Shown here: one piece after another, positions 38,064 to 47,592 of the stretch
How the letters are laid out: each line of letters opens with the position of its first letter
Position numbering within the stretch: the stretch's first letter is position 1
Assembly: GCA_965228735.1 (NCBI GenBank)
Contig: OZ245838.1
Span: 1,536,001-1,600,000, forward strand
Direction of reading: 5' to 3'
Length of the DNA stretch: 64,000 nucleotides
Origin: Planctomycetota bacterium
Lineage (GTDB): Bacteria; Planctomycetota; UBA1135; UBA2386
Notes under the pieces: generated by a model
What the model was told of the DNA's origin: nothing
Seen by the model: only the letters and a program-made list of their open reading frames with translations
Database searches by the model: none
Translations under genes and position numbers: made by a program

Positions 38064-39773
38064 TCAGCGAGCCGGGGCCGCCGGCAGCTTCAGCGTGACC
38101 TCCGCCCGCTGATCGGCGCGGACCTCCACGTCCTCGCCTTCGACCGCTTCGCGATCGGGGAGGAAGGCGCGCCAACCGCCGAGCTGCAGCCCGCGACACG
38201 CGAACCGCCCGGCCCGATCCGTGCGCAGGTCGACGAACGGCCGGCCGCCGAGCGGCAAGCCGGCGCCGTCGATCTGCTCGGGAGAGGCCAAACGAACGCG
38301 GACCCCGGGAACGGGTTGGCCGTCGGCGTCGACGATGCGCCCCGCAACGCCCCCGCTCGGCTCGCGCCGCCACTTCGTCACGACCCGACGCTCGCGTTCG
38401 TCGACGACGACCTCCGCGGTGACGAGGTCGCCCGCCGTCGAGATCGCCGCGAGCATGTACTCACCCGGTTCGAGCCCGCCGAGCGCGAACGCACCCAGTC
38501 GGTTCGCGCGCAACTCCGCGCAGAGCGCCTGCGGCCGATCCGACGGCGCGACGTAGACCTCGCCGAACGCGAAGCGGTTGCCGTTCTCGTCACGCACCTC
38601 GCTAAGCAGCGCGGTGGCCGGCTCGACGGCGAGCGTGAACGGCTTCTCCTCGGCCTCCATCTCGTGCCATGAATAGTCGCTGCCGATCGCGAGCAGCGCC
38701 TGGTGGCCTTCGAACTGCCAGCGCCCGAGCTCGATCCCGATGCGGCAGTAGGCGTCGGGCATGAGGCTCGTGCGAATCACGAACCGGCCGTCGGGCCCGC
38801 TCTCGCCCGAGCCGACGTGACCGCAGAGGCGGTCCTCGACGACGAGATCGGCGCCGACGATCGGCTTGCCGTCCTGGTCGATGAGGCGACCGCGCAGGAC
38901 GACGCCCTTCTGCTTCTGCCCGCGCGGCGCGGCAGCGAACACGAGCTCGCCATCGCTGCCGTCGACATCGATGAGCCAGCCCTTGGGCCTGGCGACGTAG
39001 CCCGGGGCGCGCAGGCGCAGGATGCCGGTATCGCCCGGCACGAACTCCGCCGTGCCGTCCGCACCGAGCGGGAACCGCCCGCGATCGTGGCGCACCGCTA
39101 GGTCGTACGAGACGAGCTCGAGCGTCGCGGCCGCGAGCGCCTCGGCGGGCAGACCTTCGACGCGTACGCGGCGGCGGCCCCCGGATGTCGGCGGCAGCTC
39201 GAGATCGCAACGCACCGCGGGCTCGCGTGGCCACACCGTGCTCTCGGCAAAGCTCGTATCGCCCCAGGCCCGAACGTGCAGCCGACGCATCGGTGCCGCG
39301 TCGAGTCGGTAGCTGCCGTCCGCGTCCGTCACGACGACCTCGAACGTGCCGCCGCCGACGAGCGTCACCGTCGCGCCCGCGACCGGATTGCCGAAGCGAT
39401 CGACGACGACACCCGACACCGCGCATGCGTCGTCCAGCACGAGCGTCTGGATCGGCTGCACGCTGAGCCCGCCCCACGACTGCCGCGCGATCGCCTTCCC
39501 TGGCGCGCGGGTGCGCAGCTCGGCGCCCGACAGCGCCGCGGCGCGCAGCGCGTAGAAGCCCTCGGCGTCGCTGAACGTGTGTGCCAGCACGCGGTCGCCG
39601 ACGACCACGTCGAGCCGCGCCGCCGGCACGGGTTCACCGAGCACGTCGACGACCCGGCCTTCCTGCACGCGGGTCTTCGCCTCGACCTGCGCGGGTGCGA
39701 CGGCAGTCCATGCCAGGACGGCGAGCAGCAGTCCGGCGAGGCCGGCGGCGTGAGTTCGCGCGGAGGTGGACAC
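38064..39773 (-). CDS. Secreted protein with carboxypeptidase-regulatory-like repeats
   Basis: Signal peptide from GTG 39773; repeated GRVVDxxGxPVxGAxV motifs. Confidence 0.78.
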   Translation of the reverse strand: MSTSARTHAAGLAGLLLAVLAWTAVAPAQVEAKTRVQEGRVVDVLGEPVPAARLDVVVGDRVLAHTFSDAEGFYALRAAALSGAELRTRAPGKAIARQSWGGLSVQPIQTLVLDDACAVSGVVVDRFGNPVAGATVTLVGGGTFEVVVTDADGSYRLDAAPMRRLHVRAWGDTSFAESTVWPREPAVRCDLELPPTSGGRRRVRVEGLPAEALAAATLELVSYDLAVRHDRGRFPLGADGTAEFVPGDTGILRLRAPGYVARPKGWLIDVDGSDGELVFAAAPRGQKQKGVVLRGRLIDQDGKPIVGADLVVEDRLCGHVGSGESGPDGRFVIRTSLMPDAYCRIGIELGRWQFEGHQALLAIGSDYSWHEMEAEEKPFTLAVEPATALLSEVRDENGNRFAFGEVYVAPSDRPQALCAELRANRLGAFALGGLEPGEYMLAAISTAGDLVTAEVVVDERERRVVTKWRREPSGGVAGRIVDADGQPVPGVRVRLASPEQIDGAGLPLGGRPFVDLRTDRAGRFACRGLQLGGWRAFLPDREAVEGEDVEVRADQRAEVTLKLPAAPAR

Positions 39774-39850
39774 GCGTCCGAGAACGCCGCGATGGCACCG
39801 GAACTCCCCGGCGGTCCGTGTCCTGGACGACGGCGCGGCCGTCCCGCGCT

Positions 39851-40756
39851 TCACGTTCCGGCGGCGCGCCGTTCTTCGAGCTCGGCCAGCGTCCGCGGCC
39901 AGTCCTTCTTGAGCAGCGCCGACAGCCCCCGGTCCGCGAGGAGCTTGCCGTCGCACTGACATTCGGCGCAGTAGTTGCATTCGTTGTCCGCGTATCGGAT
40001 CCGCTGCACGGGTTTGCCGCACTCGGGGCACGGTTTGCCATATCGGCCGTGGACCGCCATGCCCTCACGGAACGCGGTCACGCGGTCGGGAAAACCGTCC
40101 CCGACGTCGTTGCGCAGCTCGTCGGTCCAGTGCTGCATCACGGTCACGATCGCGTCCCGCAGCCGCGCGCTCTGCTCCGGCGTGAAGCGCGACGTCAGCA
40201 GCGCCGGGCTGAGCCGGGCGCGGTGCAGGATCTCGTCCGAGTACGCGTTGCCGATGCCCGAGAACAGCCGCGGGTCGCAGAGCGCGCGTTTGATCGTGCG
40301 GTTCTCGCGCCGCAGCGCCGCATCGAACTCCGCGGCGCTGCTGTCGAGCACTTCGAGTCCGCCGCGATCGAACTCCGCGAGACCGTCGCGACCGCGCACC
40401 GCGTGCAGCGCCGCGCGCTTCTTGCTGCCGGCCTCCGTGAGCACGAACGTGTGCTCCTCGAAGTCGAACGCCGCGAGGTCGATCTTGCCGCCGATCCGTT
40501 TGCCCGGATCGTACCGCCGCAGGCGCCCAGCGATCATCAGGTGCAGCACGAGGAACAGATCGCCCTCGAACGCGAACACGAGCCGCTTGCCGAGCCGTTC
40601 GACGGCGCGCAGCGAAAGCCCCGCGAGTTCGTCGAGCGCCGGCTCGACCGTGCGCAGGAGGAACGGACTCTTGAGCCGCACTCCGAGCAGCGGACGGTCC
40701 TTGACGAGCGCCTCGAGGCGTTCGCGGTAGACGGTGACGTCGGGCAGCTCGGGCAC
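39851..40756 (-). CDS. Fpg/Nei family DNA glycosylase/AP lyase
   Basis: N-terminal PELPDV, GKRL, H2TH GIGNAYSDEIL, Zn finger CPEC...CAECQ. Confidence 0.93.
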   Translation of the reverse strand: MPELPDVTVYRERLEALVKDRPLLGVRLKSPFLLRTVEPALDELAGLSLRAVERLGKRLVFAFEGDLFLVLHLMIAGRLRRYDPGKRIGGKIDLAAFDFEEHTFVLTEAGSKKRAALHAVRGRDGLAEFDRGGLEVLDSSAAEFDAALRRENRTIKRALCDPRLFSGIGNAYSDEILHRARLSPALLTSRFTPEQSARLRDAIVTVMQHWTDELRNDVGDGFPDRVTAFREGMAVHGRYGKPCPECGKPVQRIRYADNECNYCAECQCDGKLLADRGLSALLKKDWPRTLAELEERRAAGT

Positions 40757-40765
40757 GCGATTGCG

Positions 40766-42097
40766 TCAGTCCTTTCTGTTGCCCTTCTCTTTCGGGCCGT
40801 CCTTCGGTTCGACGACGAGCACGACGTCGTCGACCCAGACCTCACCCGCGAGCACCATGACGAACTGGATCACCGCGCGTTCGGCCGCACCCCGCGCGAG
40901 CGTCTTGTTGAAGCGCCGCCAGTCCTGGTCGCCACGCAGATGCGCGATATCGATGTCACGTTCGTTGAGCACCTTGCCGGCGCCGTCGTAGAGCCAGAGC
41001 TTGAGGAACGCGTTCTTGCTGCCTTTGCTCTTGCACTGCAGCGCGAACCGCACGACCTCGTCGTCGCCGGACGGCTTCGGCAGTTCGATCGTCTGCGTGA
41101 CGAGATCGAGCGGCATTCCGCCGGACTTCTGCAGCTGCAGCGACTGCGCCCCCTCGACCTTGACGTCCTTGTCGACCCGCAGTCGCAACGTGCCGCTGTT
41201 GCCGACCGACGGCCACGCCTTGTGCACGCCGTCCTCGAACCCGCCGTTGCGCACGAGATTGCCGGTCGGATCGAGCGGCTCTTCGCCGGCGGGCCATTCG
41301 GGCTCCGCCGCCGGCTCGTCACCGAACAGCCACGCGAGCAGCTTCTCCAGGCGGATGTTCGGACTGTCACGCCAACCGTGACCCCCCGAGTACGTCGACA
41401 GCTGCACGGCCGCGCCGGCTTCGTCGAGTGCCTGGAACGCGGTACGCACGTGCGAGAACGGCGTGACGTTGTCCTGCGGCGACTGATCGAGCACGAAGCG
41501 TCGCCCCTTCACCGCCTTGAGCTGGTTCTTTTCCAGCGGCCGCCACACCGACATCGCGACGTAACCGCGCGAGAACGGCGAGCGCCGATCCGACAACAGG
41601 TGATACGCACACGGCCCACTCGACGACCACGCGAGCAGCGCGATGCGCTGCGGGTCGACACCGTGCTCCTTCTTCACCTGCTTGACGACGTCGAGCACGT
41701 AGCGATCCGTGGAGTAGCGCTGCCCTTGCACCTTGCTCTTGCCGTAGGGCCAGACGATCTTCTGATCCTCGGTCCACTGGTGCGCCGTCACCATGACCCC
41801 GAGCGTGTCCGCGGGCGCATTGCCGAGGATCCCGTTCTCGACCCAGGGCAGGAATTCCTTCGTCCCATCCCCGCCGGGCATGACGACGAGCAGCGCGGGC
41901 TTGCTCACGTTCTCGGCCTTGGGCGGAATGACGAAGAATGGGCTGTGGGCGTACTTCTTGTGCGTGTGCTCGGTCGCCCTGGACGGCGCATCGTCACCCT
42001 GCGCCCGCGCCAGCGAGCTGGTGCCGGCAGTGACGAGCGCGAGCACGACGAGAGCACGAACGGAGAACGCAGAGGCGTGGCAAGAGCGACGAGCCAT
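40766..42097 (-). CDS. Secreted alpha/beta hydrolase with C-terminal carbohydrate-binding-like domain
   Basis: Signal peptide; AWSSSG elbow, DNVTP, GGHGW; NLVRNGGFED...VWVDDV beta-sandwich. Start estimated at MARRS. Confidence 0.72.
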   Translation of the reverse strand: MARRSCHASAFSVRALVVLALVTAGTSSLARAQGDDAPSRATEHTHKKYAHSPFFVIPPKAENVSKPALLVVMPGGDGTKEFLPWVENGILGNAPADTLGVMVTAHQWTEDQKIVWPYGKSKVQGQRYSTDRYVLDVVKQVKKEHGVDPQRIALLAWSSSGPCAYHLLSDRRSPFSRGYVAMSVWRPLEKNQLKAVKGRRFVLDQSPQDNVTPFSHVRTAFQALDEAGAAVQLSTYSGGHGWRDSPNIRLEKLLAWLFGDEPAAEPEWPAGEEPLDPTGNLVRNGGFEDGVHKAWPSVGNSGTLRLRVDKDVKVEGAQSLQLQKSGGMPLDLVTQTIELPKPSGDDEVVRFALQCKSKGSKNAFLKLWLYDGAGKVLNERDIDIAHLRGDQDWRRFNKTLARGAAERAVIQFVMVLAGEVWVDDVVLVVEPKDGPKEKGNRKD

Positions 42098-42140
42098 GGC
42101 GGCGATCATACCGACAACCAAGAGGCCGAGCCCCGTATCC

Positions 42141-42208
42141 CGGCGTACGGTACCCGGTTCGAACTGCCGGGCACCGGCGTACGGTACCTGGTTCGAACTG
42201 CCGGGCAC
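42141..42208. repeat. 34-bp tandem duplication with internal palindrome
   Basis: cggcgtacggtacc[c/t]ggttcgaactgccgggcac twice, 1 mismatch, no spacer. Confidence 0.92.
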
Positions 42209-42527
42209 GGCGCTACTCGACACACCGGCGAACAGCAGATGCGCGCGCTCGGATCGCCCGCCGGCCAAGGTCACCGCCGTCCCCTTGCGTTCGACCATCT
42301 CGAAGCGCAACCGCTCCGGATCGTCGGCCGGGGCGAAGTGCTCGAACACTCGAGCACCCGAGACACCGCCAACCGAGATCGCAAACCCAGCCTTGCTCGC
42401 TGCGATGATCACCGACCCCGACCTGATCACCGCGGATCGCGGCACGACGAGCGTGGCGCCGCCATCGACGCCCGTTCGCGCACTGCGCCGCAGCAGGCCG
42501 CGGAACGGCCCCGGCCCGATCCGAGAT

Positions 42528-42640
42528 GGCGGTACCAAACCCGTTTCGAATCCGCCACCCGCCCGCCGCCGCAAGGCGGTGGCGGGGCGCCGATCGCGCG
42601 TGGGCGTGGGTGGCGGATTTGAAACGGGTTCGGTACCGCC
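42528..42640. repeat. 113-bp MITE/REP-like element with 33-bp terminal inverted repeats
   Basis: Arms 42528-42560 and 42608-42640 match at 31/33; internal hairpin at 42562-42586. Confidence 0.8.
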
Positions 42641-42721
42641 GCTTCGGTATGCTCGCGCTGGAGAATGTCGGTCGCTGATTCTGGATCTGCTCGGTCTTTG
42701 CCTGGGCCGCACAACCCGCGG

Positions 42722-43384
42722 ATGCATCAGGGGGGCAAGCTGTCGTTTCGCGGTCGGCAGGGTGAGGCCGATGATCCGGGGAAGTTCCTCGTACTCGGGG
42801 GGGATGATCCGCCGAGCCTCTCCGACCTCGCGCCGAAAGGGCTTCCGGTCGAGATCGAGATCGGGCCGGGGAAGGGCGCGTTCGTGCTCGCCGCGGTCGA
42901 GCACAAGCCCGACACGTTCGTGCTCGGGATCGAGGCGGCGCCGGGCTACGCGAGCCTCGCGGCGACGCGGCTGAAGGCGAGCGGGCGTGACAACGGGCTG
43001 CTGCTCGTCGACAACGGCAAGCTGTTCCTGCAGGACCGCGTCGACGAAGGCGCGCTGCGGGCGCTGCACGTCTACTTCCCCGATCCGTGGCCCAAGCGCC
43101 GGCACCGCGGCCGCCGCTTCTTCACGCCCGACGTCACGGCGATCATCACGCGCGCGCTGCAGGACGACGGCTACTGCTACGTCGCGACCGACAACGCGTG
43201 TTACGCGGGGCAGATCGCGCGCGTGCTCGGCAGCTGCCCGGAGCTCGTGCGCGACCCCGACGAAGAGGACCGAGCCCGTGCGGCCGGCGCGGGCTACGCG
43301 TTCTCGCCGACCAACTTCGAACGCAAGTACATCGAAGAAGGCCGCGTGATCCGGCGCTACGCGTTCCGGCGCGTAGAGCGATAG
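42722..43384 (+). CDS. trmB: tRNA (guanine-N7)-methyltransferase TrmB
   Basis: EIEIGPGKGAF, YFPDPWPKRRH, ATDN, TNFERKY. Start is 42722 or 42665. Confidence 0.92.
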   Translation: MHQGGKLSFRGRQGEADDPGKFLVLGGDDPPSLSDLAPKGLPVEIEIGPGKGAFVLAAVEHKPDTFVLGIEAAPGYASLAATRLKASGRDNGLLLVDNGKLFLQDRVDEGALRALHVYFPDPWPKRRHRGRRFFTPDVTAIITRALQDDGYCYVATDNACYAGQIARVLGSCPELVRDPDEEDRARAAGAGYAFSPTNFERKYIEEGRVIRRYAFRRVER

Positions 43385-43399
43385 GGCGACGACACGATC

Positions 43400-43720
43400 A
43401 TGAGTGAGTGGCACGACGTCGGCAGCCCCGACGAGCTGAAGTTCGAGCCCGGCGCGGCGATCAAGATCGGCGATCGGCAGATCGCGGTGTTTCGCCACGA
43501 CGGCGGCTACCGCGCGCTCGACAACCCCTGCCCGCACGCGGGCGCGCCGCTGTCCGACGGCTCGGTCCTCGACGGCAAGGTCGTGTGCTTCCTGCACTGC
43601 TGGGAGTTCGACCTCGAAACCGGCAGGTGCGACGTCGGTGACGAGTGGAACGTGCAGACCTACGATGTGCGCGAGACGGACGGGCGGTTGCAGGTTCGCG
43701 TGCCCCAGAGCACCGACTGA
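43400..43720 (+). CDS. Rieske [2Fe-2S] ferredoxin (NirD-like)
   Basis: CPHAG...CFLHCWEFDLETG. Confidence 0.9.
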   Translation: MSEWHDVGSPDELKFEPGAAIKIGDRQIAVFRHDGGYRALDNPCPHAGAPLSDGSVLDGKVVCFLHCWEFDLETGRCDVGDEWNVQTYDVRETDGRLQVRVPQSTD

Positions 43721-43806
43721 CCGGGCAGGCGACTGAGAAAAACGCCGGCGGTTCGGTCGCGCGAGTCGTTAGCATCCTGCGCTGCAACCAGCCCCCTCAG
43801 GACCAC

Positions 43807-45357
43807 GTGACCGACGGCATCCAGAACGACCGACTCGAGAAGCTCGAAGCGCTGCGCGAAAGCGGGCGTGACCCCTTCCCCCCGCGCGTGGCCCGCGGCC
43901 AGCCCATCGCGAGCCTGCTCGAAGGATTCGACGATCGCCACGGCGAGAAGGCCGTCGTGTCCGGCCGCCTCGGCGTCGTGCGCGACTTCGGCAAGCTGCG
44001 CTTCGCGCACGTGAGCGATCGCACGGGTTCGATCCAGATCGGGTTCCAGCGCGATCGGTTGCCCGACTTCTGGCCGGACCGCAAGAAGATCGAGAGCAAC
44101 GACCTCGTGAGCATCCGCGGCGAGCTCGGCGTCACGAAGAAGGGTGAACCGACGCTCTGGGCCGACGACGTGACGCTCGCGGCCAAGGCACTGCGCGCAG
44201 CGCCCGAGAAGTGGCACGGCCTGCAGGATCAGGAGCAGCGCTACCGCGCGCGCTACGTCGACCTGTTTGCCAACCCCGACGTGCGGCGCGACTTCATGAC
44301 GCGCAGCAAGATCGTGCGCGAGGTCCGCGCCTACTTCGACTCGCTCGAGTACCTCGAGGTCGAGACGCCGATCCTGCAGCCGCTGTTCGGCGGCGCGGCC
44401 GCGCGCCCGTTCACGACACACCACAACGCGCTCGACATGCCGCTGTTCCTGCGCATCGCGCCGGAGCTCTACCTCAAGCGCCTCATCGTCGGCGGCATGG
44501 AGCGGGTCTACGAGATCGGTCGGGTCTTCCGCAACGAAGGCATCAGCACGCGCCACAATCCCGAGTTCACGATGCTCGAGAGCTACGAGGCGTGGGCCGA
44601 CTACCGCGACATCATGGCGCGGGTCGAGGGACTGTTCGCGCACCTGTGCGCGACCGTGCTCGGCGGCGAGTCGAAGGTCTCGTTCCGCGACGTCGAGTAC
44701 GACCTCGCGCCGCCGTTCGACAAGCAGGCCTACCTCGAGCTGTTCGAGGCGGCCAACCCCGGCGTCGACTGGTTCGAGCACGACCAGGTGCTCGCGCGAG
44801 CGCAGGAGCTCGACCTCAAGACCGACGGCATCGAGCCGGCCAAGCTCGCCAACGACGTGTTCGAGGCGACGGTCGAGGACAACCTCACGGGACCGGTGTT
44901 CGTCTACGACTACCCGGTCGCGATCAGTCCGCTCGCGAAGAAGAAGCCCGAGGACCCGCGGGTGACCGAACGGTTCGAGCTGTTCATCGCCGGCATGGAG
45001 CTCGGCAACGCGTTCAGCGAGCTCAACGACCCGATCGACCAGGAGGAGCGCTTCGAGGCGCAGGTCCACGATAAAGATGACGAGACGCCCGGCGAGGTCG
45101 ACATCGACTACGTCACCTCGCTGGAGTACGGCATGCCGCCGGCCGGCGGGCTCGGCATCGGCATCGACCGGCTCTGCATGCTGCTGACCGGCAGCGCGTC
45201 GATCCGCGACGTCGTGCTTTTCCCGCTGCTGCGCCGCATCGATCCCGCCGCGGCCGCCACTGCCGGCGACGACGCCGCGACTGCCGAGGCCGCGCCGGAT
45301 GGAGCGACCCCGAGTGCGACTGCACCTGATGAAACTGGGGGCGAGACCGCGCAGTGA
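43807..45357 (+). CDS. lysS: Lysine--tRNA ligase (class II)
   Basis: GGAAARPFTTHHN, LRIAPELYLKRL, FRNEGISTRHNPEF, GMPPAGGLGIGIDR. Start estimated at GTG 43807. Confidence 0.97.
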   Translation: MTDGIQNDRLEKLEALRESGRDPFPPRVARGQPIASLLEGFDDRHGEKAVVSGRLGVVRDFGKLRFAHVSDRTGSIQIGFQRDRLPDFWPDRKKIESNDLVSIRGELGVTKKGEPTLWADDVTLAAKALRAAPEKWHGLQDQEQRYRARYVDLFANPDVRRDFMTRSKIVREVRAYFDSLEYLEVETPILQPLFGGAAARPFTTHHNALDMPLFLRIAPELYLKRLIVGGMERVYEIGRVFRNEGISTRHNPEFTMLESYEAWADYRDIMARVEGLFAHLCATVLGGESKVSFRDVEYDLAPPFDKQAYLELFEAANPGVDWFEHDQVLARAQELDLKTDGIEPAKLANDVFEATVEDNLTGPVFVYDYPVAISPLAKKKPEDPRVTERFELFIAGMELGNAFSELNDPIDQEERFEAQVHDKDDETPGEVDIDYVTSLEYGMPPAGGLGIGIDRLCMLLTGSASIRDVVLFPLLRRIDPAAAATAGDDAATAEAAPDGATPSATAPDETGGETAQ

Positions 45358-46874
45358 TCGCCGTCCCGGCGTTCAGCCCGTTCGTCGCCCTGCGGTACCT
45401 GCTGCGCCGGCCGATCATGCTGATCGGCGTGTTCGGCGTGACGTTCGCGGTGTGGGCGCTGCTCGTCGTCGACGGCGTGTTCACCGGCTTCGTCACGGAG
45501 ATCCGGACCGACGTGCGCCGCAGCGCGCCGGACCTGCTCCTCACGGACCTCCCCCACGACACGAGTTACGAGCCGCTGCAGCTGGCGCTCGAAGCGGACG
45601 ACGCGGTCGTCACCACCGCGCCCCGGCTCCGCCACCACGGGCTCGTGCAGGCGCGCCACGTCGGCTCCCGCGCCGGGCAGAGTCAGCTGGAGCTGAACAC
45701 GGTCAACTTCGAGTCCATGACGATGGACAGCGGGTTCGCGATGCTGCTCGGCGTCGATCCCGCGCGCGAGATGCAGGTCTCCGACCTGGACGGCTGGCTG
45801 CAGCGCGGCGAAGAGGTGCTGCGCGCCCACAACATCTTCCAGGTCGAGAAGTCGCGCATCCTCGAGGAGGACGACCCCGACACGCTGTCGTACCTCAAGT
45901 TCCCGGACGAGGTCGAGTTCGAGATGCGCCGGCTGCTCGACATGCCGCGGCCAGAACGCGCCGAGGACCACGTGAGCCAGTGGCCGGGGCTCATCGCCGG
46001 CTGGCGGCGCATCGCGTCGCTCCGGGTCGTCGACGAGGGCTACCCCCTGCAGCTCGTGACGGCGCACTTCGGACCCGGCGCGAACGGTGAACCCGAGATC
46101 AAGACGCGCAAGAAGGACATGGCGTTCGCGGGCTACTTCGCCACGAGCCATCGCCTGTTCGATCAGAGCACGATCATCGTGCCGATCGAGACGCTGCGAA
46201 CGCTGCTCGGGCACGACATCGACGACGACAACGCGATCGCCATCGTGACCGACGTCGCGATCAAGCTCCAGCCCGGGCTCAGCCAGGCAGAGATCCGCGC
46301 CGCGCAGACGCGGCTGCAGGCCGCGGTCCAGGCCGAGCTGAACAAGGCGACGCCCGCATCCGACGCTCCGCCCTGCGCCGTGCTCGACTGGCAGGAGCAG
46401 AACACCGTGTTCCTGCGCGCCATTGCGCAAGAACACTCGATGATGCAGTTCGTGCTCTTCGTCGTGATGCTCGTCGCCGCGTTCGTGATCTACGCGACGC
46501 TGCACATGATGGTCACGCAGAAGTGGAAGGACATCGGCATCCTCGCCGCGGTCGGCGGCACGCCGCGCGGGATCGGCGCCGTGTTCGTCTTCTGCGGCCT
46601 GGTCGTCGGCGGCCTCGGCGCGCTGCTCGGTTCGATCTTCGGCTACCTGTCCGTGCGCTACCTCAACGACATCGACGCGTGGCTCTACGAGACCGCCGGC
46701 CTGTCGCTCTTCCCGCGTCATCTGTTCGACCTGCCGACCATTCCGGTGCACCTCGACGTCAGCTGGATCGTCCAGGTCGCGGTCGGCGCGATGGCGATGG
46801 CGCTCGTCGTCGCGATCCTGCCCGCGCGCAAGGCCGCGAACATGGAACCGGTCCAGGCGCTCTCCTACGAGTGA
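45354..46874 (+). CDS. Lipoprotein-releasing ABC transporter permease (LolC/E family)
   Basis: ALRYL N-terminus, KWKDIGILAAVG, PARKAANMEPVQALSYE. Confidence 0.88.
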   Translation: MIAVPAFSPFVALRYLLRRPIMLIGVFGVTFAVWALLVVDGVFTGFVTEIRTDVRRSAPDLLLTDLPHDTSYEPLQLALEADDAVVTTAPRLRHHGLVQARHVGSRAGQSQLELNTVNFESMTMDSGFAMLLGVDPAREMQVSDLDGWLQRGEEVLRAHNIFQVEKSRILEEDDPDTLSYLKFPDEVEFEMRRLLDMPRPERAEDHVSQWPGLIAGWRRIASLRVVDEGYPLQLVTAHFGPGANGEPEIKTRKKDMAFAGYFATSHRLFDQSTIIVPIETLRTLLGHDIDDDNAIAIVTDVAIKLQPGLSQAEIRAAQTRLQAAVQAELNKATPASDAPPCAVLDWQEQNTVFLRAIAQEHSMMQFVLFVVMLVAAFVIYATLHMMVTQKWKDIGILAAVGGTPRGIGAVFVFCGLVVGGLGALLGSIFGYLSVRYLNDIDAWLYETAGLSLFPRHLFDLPTIPVHLDVSWIVQVAVGAMAMALVVAILPARKAANMEPVQALSYE

Positions 46875-46893
46875 TGCAACGAAGGCTATCCGC

Positions 46894-47589
46894 ATGACCG
46901 CCCCCGTCCTCACCGCCCGCGCCGTCCACAAGACCTACCGCATGGGCCGCCGCGACATCGAAGTGCTGCGCGGCGTCGACCTCGAGGTCCAGCGCGGCGA
47001 GATCACCGCGCTGCTCGGCGCGTCCGGCGCCGGCAAGTCGACCCTGCTGCACGTGCTCGGTCTGCTCGATCCGCCGACCACGGGCGAAGTGCTCTACGAC
47101 GGCCGTCCGGTGCACGGGCTGTCGATCCGCGAACGCGCCAGGCTACGGCACGATCACACGGGCTTCGTCTTCCAGTTCTATCACCTCATCCCCGAGCTCA
47201 CGGCGCTGCAGAACGTGCTGCTCGCGCGCATGATGACCGACTCGGTCACGCGCTACTGGGGTCGCCGCAAGGACGCCAAGAAGGCCGCCGTCTCGCTGCT
47301 CGAACGGGTCGGCCTCGGCGACCGCCTCAAGCACCGCCCCACCGAACTGTCGGGCGGCGAACGCCAGCGCGTCGCGATCGCGCGCGCGCTGCTGGCCGAG
47401 CCGCGCGTGATCCTCGCGGACGAGCCGACCGGCAACCTCGACTCGGGCACGGCGAGCGAGGTCCTCGAGCTCATGTTCGAGCTGCAACGCGAGCGCGGAG
47501 TCGCGTTCGTCCTCGTCACCCACGACGAGCAGCTCGCGGGCCGCGCCAACCGCATCGTGCGACTCAAGGACGGCGTCGTCGTCGGCTGA
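46894..47589 (+). CDS. lolD: Lipoprotein-releasing ABC transporter ATPase
   Basis: GASGAGKST, GFVFQFYHL, LSGGERQR, ADEPTGNLD; lies between two LolC/E genes. Confidence 0.88.
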   Translation: MTAPVLTARAVHKTYRMGRRDIEVLRGVDLEVQRGEITALLGASGAGKSTLLHVLGLLDPPTTGEVLYDGRPVHGLSIRERARLRHDHTGFVFQFYHLIPELTALQNVLLARMMTDSVTRYWGRRKDAKKAAVSLLERVGLGDRLKHRPTELSGGERQRVAIARALLAEPRVILADEPTGNLDSGTASEVLELMFELQRERGVAFVLVTHDEQLAGRANRIVRLKDGVVVG

Positions 47590-47592
47590 ACG

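Noticed and set aside
42141..42208. Possible CRISPR array (34-bp palindromic repeat)
   Set aside because: Only two directly abutting copies, no spacer, and no cas genes in the window.
42528..42640. Possible tRNA or tRNA-Sec (TTCGAATCC on +, TTCAAATCC on -)
   Set aside because: The motifs belong to the inverted-repeat arms; I could not build an anticodon stem, D-arm or acceptor stem.
42098..43597. N-terminal extension of the 943-aa ORF 40766..43597
   Set aside because: It runs antisense to trmB and the Rieske gene and through repeat DNA; the signal peptide begins near 42097.
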